From Eledone cirrhosa (lineage: Eukaryota): a DNA stretch of 64,000 nt. The stretch is taken from contig OZ024745.1 of the NCBI GenBank assembly GCA_964016885.1, forward strand, positions 126,356,001 to 126,420,000, read 5' to 3'. Position 1 is the stretch's first letter. Every line of letters begins with the position of its first letter. Below, in pieces: positions 55,161 through 64,000 of this stretch. Position numbers and translations under genes: made by a program. Below the pieces are notes generated by a model. That model worked only from the letters and a program-made list of their open reading frames with translations, did no database searches and was not told where the DNA came from.

Positions 55161-55720
55161 CAGTGTACTCCCGGCATTCGCGGTCTCGGTTATTCGCGGA
55201 TTTTTTTTTTTGATTTTTTTTTTTTTTTTTAGACCTTAACAAATAATTGTTTCTACTTTTGGCACAAGGCCATCAATTACCAATACATTACTGGTACTTT
55301 ATTTTATCGACCCCGTAAGGATGAAAGGCAAAGTTAACCTCGGCGGAATTTGAACTCAGACCGTAAAGGGACGTAACTATGCTGGAAAGCATGGCGTCCG
55401 ACCCTCTACCGATACTGCCAATCCACCGCCTTAACAAATAATTGTTGGTGGAAACCACCGCATATTCGCGGAAGCGTAAATATCTTCAGCGATTTTTTTA
55501 ATGGCTTTTTTTGTGTCAAAATATATTTTTTAAACGCTGAATTATTAATAACAGTATACAGTAAGCTGACCTTCGTATAAAACGCTCCTTTTTTAATTAT
55601 ATTTTACGTTATATTTTGACGTTTATAGGCATATTTATGGATCACGTTCAATATTCGCGGTTTTTCACTCTTCGCGGGTGCTCTAGGAATCTAACACCCG
55701 CGAATATCGGGGGACAACTA
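55161..55720. mobile_element. Tigger/pogo-like MITE containing a SINE
   Basis: TA-flanked imperfect TIRs cagtgtactcccggcattcgcgg and ccgcgaatatcgggggacaacta; a related left end at about 62182. Confidence 0.65.
55243..55430 (-). mobile_element. Young full-length Meta-domain-type SINE
   Basis: Perfect flanking repeat ccttaacaaataattgtt. Confidence 0.95.
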
Positions 55721-56128
55721 TATATATTGCTTCTGAAGATTGACAGCAGAACAAATGTGCTTTTTAGAGGGTGGGGGTATGGAGTGACTTAACTGCCTAC
55801 ACATTGATACATTTCCTCTTTGAAACGATTGTATTTTCAACTAAAACAAACATTAAACCGCAAATACATAAACATCTCACTTCACAAACTTACATACACA
55901 CATACATGTGAGCATACATACAAACACACACATACACACACACATACATACATACATATATATATATTTACATGTTACATAGCATACACAAATACATATG
56001 ATATAACTCGAGAGTGATGTAGAAAACCGGGTTATTGTTTCAGCAAGTACCACAGCACTCATGTGCACGAATATGTTGTATATCTGTGTAAACATCTCTC
56101 TGTCTGTCCGTCTCTCTCTCTCACCCTG

Positions 56129-56310
56129 TCTCTCGCTTCTCTCTCTCTCACTCTCTCTCTCTCCACTTCTCTCACTTCTTTCTCTCTCACTCTCTCTCTC
56201 TCCACTTCTCTCGCTTCTCTCTCTCTCACTCTCTCTCTCTCCACTTCTCTCGCTTCTCTCTCTCTCACTCTCTCTCTCTCCACTTCTCTCACTTCTTTCT
56301 CTCTCACTCA
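56129..56310. repeat. CT-rich minisatellite, unit of about 39 bp
   Basis: About four units, matching the 13-aa periodicity in the ORF track. Confidence 0.85.
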
Positions 56311-56337
56311 CTCTCTCTATCCCTCTCTCCTCCTCTT

Positions 56338-56369
<32 letters not shown>

Positions 56370-56435
56370 ATTTTTATAATTTTTTTATAATTTTTATAAT
56401 TTTTATAATTTTTATAATTATATATATATATATAT

Positions 56436-56615
56436 AGGAAAATGTTTAACCCCGACGGCAGAGCTCAAGCCGTTTCGACGAGTATTTCTGGACTAAATTA
56501 GAAATTTTAGCGTGGTAAATAAATAGCCGAACTTTTCATTACCCACTCTACTACCCTAAGTATTGAGTACTCTGGTGCGTTATGGTCCATCTGGTTCCTT
56601 ACCACAACTCCTTCG
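56436..56615 (+). mobile_element. Fold-back family A, second arm largely replaced
   Basis: One arm plus intact tail. Confidence 0.85.
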
Positions 56616-56697
<82 letters not shown>

Positions 56698-56999
56698 TAA
56701 GGAAAGAGAGGAAATGAGAGAGACATATTATGGTAGCATATGTCTGTTGGAGATATAAGATAACAGAAAACCTAGAATATTTAAGCGATCAGAATATTCA
56801 CATGTGGTGATTTAAGAGATCTCATTAAGTGACCCCCACCCCCACCCCCAACACACGCGTGTATATATATAATATAATATATATATATATATAGTTAAAG
56901 AACGTTGACGACCCAATATATATACATATATACATATATAAAATATTATATATAATATATATTATTATATTTAATATATATTATATGTATATAACAGAT

Positions 57000-57036
<37 letters not shown>

Positions 57037-57037
<1 letters not shown>

Positions 57038-57239
57038 CCAAGGAATTATAGTATGGAACCAGATGGACCATAACGCACCAGAGTACTCAATACTTAGGGT
57101 AGTAGAGTGGTTAATAGGAAAAAAAGTATGACCCCGACGCCAGAGCTCAAGCCGTTTCGACGGCTATTTCTGGACATAAATAGTCCAGAAATAGCTGTCG
57201 AAACAGCTTGAGCTCTGCCGTCGGGGTCATACTTTTTCC

Positions 57240-57240
<1 letters not shown>
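57037..57240 (-). mobile_element. Fold-back family A
   Basis: Tail plus palindrome; TA-flanked. Confidence 0.88.
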
Positions 57241-57278
<38 letters not shown>

Positions 57279-57828
57279 GGGGGCGTGATGCGGAGACATG
57301 TGTATGTGCTTGTTACGGTGAGTATGTGTTTGTTACAGTGTGTTTGTTTGTACAGTGCGTTTGTTTGTTCAGTGTGTGTTTGTTTGTACAGTGCATTTTC
57401 TGGTTAAGAAATAACTAGATTGATAAGCAGTCACGATAGCGTACCTTGGAAAATGATATTAAACAGTCTAGGAATTTAGGTGACAACAAGACTTGGCTTC
57501 TCTTCAGTTCGGGAATATCGGGTAAATATCATACACGCATACACATACATACACACTAACACAAAATGCACATATATAACAATACGCATGTTCACACACA
57601 CACACAGACACACGCAGAGACACACACACATACACACACATGCTTACACATACATACACACTAACACAAAATGCACATACATAACAATACGCACGTTCAC
57701 ACAGACACAGACACACACACATATACATACGCAAACATTAACACAACATGCACATATGTAACAATCCGTACGTTCACACGCACACACACAGACACAAACA
57801 CCCACATACACACGCACATAAACACACA

Positions 57829-57916
<88 letters not shown>

Positions 57917-58523
57917 TACTCAGTCTATGAAATAACATAGTTATCAATGAAGAAAAGTATTTGCCGAGATGATTGCAAATCTTTTGACTTAATAGGATAT
58001 GAATGCGGTTGTTATTTAGTCCTAGACAGCAGAGTAGGTATTTGAGGGAGATGTGGTTGCTACTTTTAGCAGGTTAAACGAGCGCTTAAAGTCTCTCTGG
58101 TTCGCTGGTGCGGTATAATATAGTGTGGCAAGTTAGTTAGTTACAATTTTTTTTTTACGCGAGAAGATCGATCGGACAGATACCATAATATTTTGGTGTT
58201 GAATTAATTTATAAATGTTTCATTAAAGGTTATCGATCAGTTTCCTAACTCCAATACGTCCTCCAACTGCGCAAATGTGAAAAGAGCAACATCTTACGAA
58301 TTTGGAATAAACTCTTCAAGAAACATACAATTCGCAATGGTGTTCTATGCGACACTACATCTACAAGGGTAAACACACGTCACCAAAGATCTGAAGGAGT
58401 ACAAAAGCTCATGTATAAGTCATGTTTCCCCTTCAACTCGAGATTAATGCCAATATCGTCAGGAAGTGTAGCTTCTCCCTGACTAGAGACTATTACACTA
58501 TGTTATGGTATTGCAATCCCAAA

Positions 58524-58670
58524 GACGCATGGCTTAGTGGTTAGAGCATTGGCCTTGCAATCGAAATGTTGAGAGTTCAATTCTCGGACCGGGTGATGTG
58601 TTGTGTCCTTGAGCAAGACACTTTATTTCACGTTGCTTCCGTTTACTCAGCTGTAGAAATGAGATGATAG
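58524..58670 (+). mobile_element. CORE-type SINE
   Basis: tggcttagtggttagagc head, gagttcaattctc B box, gtgtccttgagcaagacact core. Confidence 0.82.
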
Positions 58671-59104
58671 GACAAGACACCTCCAACGAGATATACCTTG
58701 GAGGAGGCCAGCTAAACCTGCATAGGTGTCACCTGTCACACACACACACACACACACACACATACATACAATCCCAAAACAGAAAATAGCTATCTATTGA
58801 ACAAAATAATTATTGAAGCTTTTAATCTTTCAAGATGTGACACAAATATCGTCTATGTCTGTGGAAGATATTAGACATAAGCCGCCGGTTGCCAAAAATG
58901 ACTACAAGTTGTTACCCTATAAAGAAAAGCAGATAACGGATTGGCAGAGTCGTTAGAATGTTCGGTAGAACGTTTTACTGTATTCGTTCCGAATTTTTGC
59001 GCTCTGAATTCAAAACTTACAAAGGCCAACTTTAACTTTCATCCTTTCGGGGTCGATAAAAAAGTACCAGTTCAGTACTGGATTCGAATTCCCCCTCTCT
59101 ATCT

Positions 59105-59187
<83 letters not shown>

Positions 59188-59324
59188 ACTTGAAGGCAAT
59201 CCAAATAGAGGTTATGAGTACTCTGTATCGAGGATAGTTTAACCTTCGGCGTTGTTTGAAACAATTGTTAATACTTTGAATAAACCCTATTGTACCGCCG
59301 ACCACACGTTATTCTGCACTCATT

Positions 59325-59641
<317 letters not shown>

Positions 59642-59668
59642 TTCCTATTCCGTATAACCATGTCCAGT

Positions 59669-59708
59669 CCGAGCTGAAGATCCGCTAAGGTGAAACAATT
59701 GTTCTCGG
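59669..59708 (+). ncRNA. Hammerhead in a solo pLTR fragment (59639-59738) of the Penelope family at 3652
   Basis: CCGAG CUGAAGA UCCGCUAAGGU GAAA CAAUUG UU CUCGG. Confidence 0.88.
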
Positions 59709-59734
59709 TATGGTGAACTAATTGTTGTGTTACC

Positions 59735-59783
<49 letters not shown>

Positions 59784-59787
59784 TAAA

Positions 59788-60010
59788 GGGGTGATTACGT
59801 CGACTGAGGAAGGAAGGGGTGATAACGTCGACTGAGGAAGGAAGGGATGATAACGTCGACTGAGGAAGGAAGGGTCATTACGTCGACTGAGGAAGGAAGG
59901 GGTGATTACGTCGACTGAGGAAGGAAGGGGTGATATCGTCGACTGAGGAAGGAAGGGGTAATAAAGTCGACTGAGGAAGGAAGGGGTGATAACATCGACT
60001 GGGGAAGGAA
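59788..60010. repeat. 28-bp minisatellite, eight copies
   Basis: Unit ggggtgat(t/a)acgtcgactgaggaaggaa, no spacers. Confidence 0.95.
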
Positions 60011-60696
60011 GAGGTGTGTGTGTATCGCTTGTGTGAGTGACCGCAAAGGAATCAACAAACAAACATCTCTTTTTTATATTGTCTATAGATATTACAATTA
60101 GCGATCACGAGGCCAGCTAGTTACTAACTTTACAGAAAAAGTACGTTTTCAGTTCAGTAACTCGGTTCCAAATTCCCAGTTGGTGCTAAATGTGATAGTT
60201 TCACCTCCATATTTAATGCATTTCATCATAAAATTCTACTTTCCATTTCACCCAGAATATATTAGAACATTTACAATGCGATTTATCTGAATTGTCAAGT
60301 AGAATATACTGACAGTTTATATTTATTTATTTTATCTCTGTGTGATATTCATAAAATGTTTATCACTTATATGAGGTATGTGATAAAAATATACGATATT
60401 ATTCATATATAAACATAGCAAAACGGATAATCTCATGAGCCATTAAATGCATGGTATAATTTTATGTTGATATAAAAATACGCATATCTTTAACACTTCT
60501 TGATCAGCATATATATATAGAGACACTCTATCTCAAAATTATTTTTGAAAAGCATTTAGAAATGCGCAACTGGTAAAAACTTAAAAACTTAAAACCACAA
60601 CTGAATACTAACCCATACAATCACTAATACTCTTTTATTCCTAATTAAACCATTTTTCAACTGTGAACAATTTGTCAGCATTTTCTATTCCGTTTA

Positions 60697-60731
<35 letters not shown>

Positions 60732-60833
60732 GGAGGCTTAGTAAAATCGAATCTTTGGCGGTGTGCAAGCAAATTTGACCTACGATATGAATGAGTTAGC
60801 AAAGCACTCGACAAGGTAGGTCCTTAGAGTAAT

Positions 60834-61020
60834 AACTGTTTCTACTTTTGGGCACAAGGCCAGCAATTATCCCAGTGTATTACTGGTACTTTATTTTATC
60901 GACCCCATACGGATGAAAGGCAAAGTTAACCTCGGCGGGATTTGAACTCAGTCCGTAAAGGGACGTAACTGTGCTGCAAAGCATGGCGTCCGACCATCTA
61001 CCGATACTGCCAATCCACCG
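60834..61020 (-). mobile_element. Meta-domain-type SINE with TSD
   Basis: gagtaataac on both sides. Confidence 0.92.
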
Positions 61021-61123
61021 ATGAGTAATAACATACGTTTAAATAGCTTGACAAATTGAACATTGTGGCAGGCAAAATCTAACACACAATACCGAAGCAA
61101 CGAAAGAACTAACAGGTTGAAAC

Positions 61124-61185
<62 letters not shown>

Positions 61186-62759
61186 ATATACATCAGAAAT
61201 ATAACTGAGGTCTCTACTGAGACATTCAAGAAAACATTAGATGAACAGTTAACCAATTATAGACCAAATCCAAACCATGAAATTTTAATAAAACTGTAGA
61301 AAAAACTTAATCTGTTCCAGCATGACTGCAGTCCAATGCGCGAAACCAGAAAATGAATTATAGATAAAACAATATATATATTTTTTTAATAAAATTTGAC
61401 ACCTCCCGACAGTAGCATTTCCTTAACCGGTATCTAATAACATTGAGGTTACCAGGGAATGTCCGGTTTTTATTTACAAACTACGAAGCACGTTCATGCA
61501 GCCACCACACGAATCCAAATGCAGCTGGAACCACTCTAACAATACATAATATGGTTTTAATACTCGCTGAAGATTTGTGTTTTGTTTTCAGTTTTGGTAT
61601 TTCTCTTACATTCATCTGTTATATCCATGAATCACTTGCTTCGCTGTCTTTCCTAAGTGAAATGCAAGCTACTGTATTTCCCGGCGTCCAAGACGCTACT
61701 TTCTTCCTAAAATAAGTCTCAAAAGTTTACCATGCGTCCTGGATGTTGTTTATTATTACTTTTTTATTTTTCAAATGTTTGGTTGTCAAAATTAAGGTGT
61801 GCCTTGAGCTCAAAGCGTTTTCGGGGCCGGGAAATACGGTATGAAGATTATATTGGATCTAGCTACAAAACCACGACATCCCACCTCTGCAGGAAGCATC
61901 ATAGAACACGATTATTTTGTAGAATTAGACTATATTAAGTTGCTGGTGATCTTTTTATACAGAAATATTATATGGAGACTTATGCTTCGCGGCTCCCTTC
62001 ATCCCCGCTAGCCACTTTGTTGAATTTAAGATTATATGGTTATGTTTATTAATTGTTGTCACCTATACAACAAAACCATAATACAGACAATATACATTTA
62101 GGGGAAAAAACTTTCGAGGCATATAAATGTTCGCAGAGATGCGATGAAAATGTTGATACATCACGAAACGAAAATGAAATACAGTAAACCCCGCCATTCG
62201 CGGAATCTTCCATAGAACCTAACTAATAATTGTTCGTGGAAAAGAAGTTCAACTCAGAAATTAAATATCCGCGAAATATGAAATCATAAGACCTATCTAT
62301 ACAAATAGGTGTCGTATATGCAGGAATTATTACTTCAGATTACGCTTCCGTTCAAGCAGCTTTGTATATATCAACTGATTGCCAATTTATTACTGTTAAT
62401 GGTGAAACAAAATATATCCCAATCATTGTTTGGAGTATTTTTTCCGGTGACTACGTGACCGTTGAAGTCAACTGTCATCTATTAAAGCACAGCAGAATCC
62501 TTTGGCGTTCATGGGGAAAGGTGGGCATATGTCGGCAGTTGGAAGGTTGTTTCACTAGCAACACATCAACTAATTACGCATAAGCTACTGAGCACTATTG
62601 TTAAAAACCACCAGTGCCATCACAATAGCTAATTACGCTCTCAACATCCCTGGAACACCACAATACTTTCAAAATATATTTGAACAATGAAAGTAAAAAA
62701 AAAAAGACCATATGTAAAGTATTACAGGAGCGGTGTTAGATGAGACACGGACATTTAGG

Positions 62760-63151
62760 AAGATACATCAAATAAAATCGTAATTAACAATATACACAGA
62801 AATTGAACGAAGACTGCGTTACATTCTCTTATGTAATCAGTAACGTAATCCATGATACATAAAAAAAAGACGATATTATATATAAACTGCATTAGGAGAA
62901 AATTAGTGACAGAAATATATGAATGTTTATTGAAGCGATCGCTAACCGGAAGTGTTGACATTTGAAAATTTTAAAGAAGTGAATCTTTAAATAAGCAATA
63001 AAATATATTTAATCAAAAGCTACGAAATTTAGTAGATAAATTATGTAATATTCATTCATTATTTATTCAAAATAATCCAACTTATTTTACAAACGGGATA
63101 ACAATTATATTCAGGACGCAGTCCCGCACTCCTTTCTTTATTATAGTTTAG
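62760..63151 (-). mobile_element. Helitron-like repeat, SINE-free paralog of 41080-41855
   Basis: Colinear similarity; minus strand starts TC. Confidence 0.7.
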
Positions 63152-63278
63152 ATTTTACTCATTCTCGTACATAAACATGTACTTCTAGCTCAATGTCGTA
63201 TTGACCCTTTCTAAGTATTTGCACCTGGAAATAAGACATAACCACACACACACACATATGTATGTATGTATGTATGTT

Positions 63279-63310
<32 letters not shown>

Positions 63311-63424
63311 TGTATGTATGTATGTATCTATGTATGTATGAATGTATGTATGTATGCTTGGATGAATGGATGGATGTATGAATGTATGTGTACATTTCTC
63401 TCTGTCTCTCTATCTCTCTCTCTC

Positions 63425-63534
<110 letters not shown>

Positions 63535-63619
63535 TACATATAAATAAATATATATATATATACATATAAATATATATAAATAAATATATAGATATATTCA
63601 TACATATAAATATATATAA

Positions 63620-63694
<75 letters not shown>

Positions 63695-64000
63695 CATATA
63701 TTTTCCCCACTCACTCCCTGTGCGTGTATGTGTATAACTAAACAGTTGTTGACAGGATATTAGAGACCTAACTACAACAGTGTTTTTTTTTTCTTTTAAG
63801 TAACAATATTTCTTTCACATTTTCTTTTTTAGCCAGGTGTCCAACTCACAACATTCAAAGTATACACCCAGCTTGATTTCTAAAGAAAGCCACATAGATA
63901 TATATGCATATGATAGATTTCTGCAACGACCTGATTGACAATGTACTTTTATCTAGGTCATATTACCCTCAGGCGTTCTTATGATTCACTAGAAAATAAT

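Noticed and set aside
59788-60010. CRISPR array
   Set aside because: Units are contiguous without unique spacers, the context is eukaryotic, and no cas genes are present.

Overview
AT-rich, microsatellite-dense eukaryotic DNA with no supportable host protein-coding gene; most ORF-track entries are translated microsatellites or SINEs. The SINE families suggest a cephalopod, most likely an octopus (inference). The window holds roughly 35 copies of a tRNA-derived Meta-domain-type SINE, several CORE-type SINEs, five L1/Tx1-like LINE fragments, RTE, CRE-like and Vingi-like LINE remnants, non-autonomous Helitrons, a decayed hAT-like transposase, a Tigger-like MITE, and one 5'-truncated Penelope-like element (RT plus C-terminal GIY-YIG). 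The most notable signal is about 14 type I hammerhead ribozyme motifs, read by eye, from about seven largely unrelated families of 100-550 bp non-coding mini-elements, plus half-motifs in an eighth family. Nearly all sit in or beside (TA)n tracts and many are fold-back palindromes. They show covarying stems, palindromic stem III (dimer type), a recurrent non-canonical first pair of stem II and a shared 3'-tail stem. All pairings were done by hand; nothing was computed or searched, and boundaries of decayed elements are approximate.
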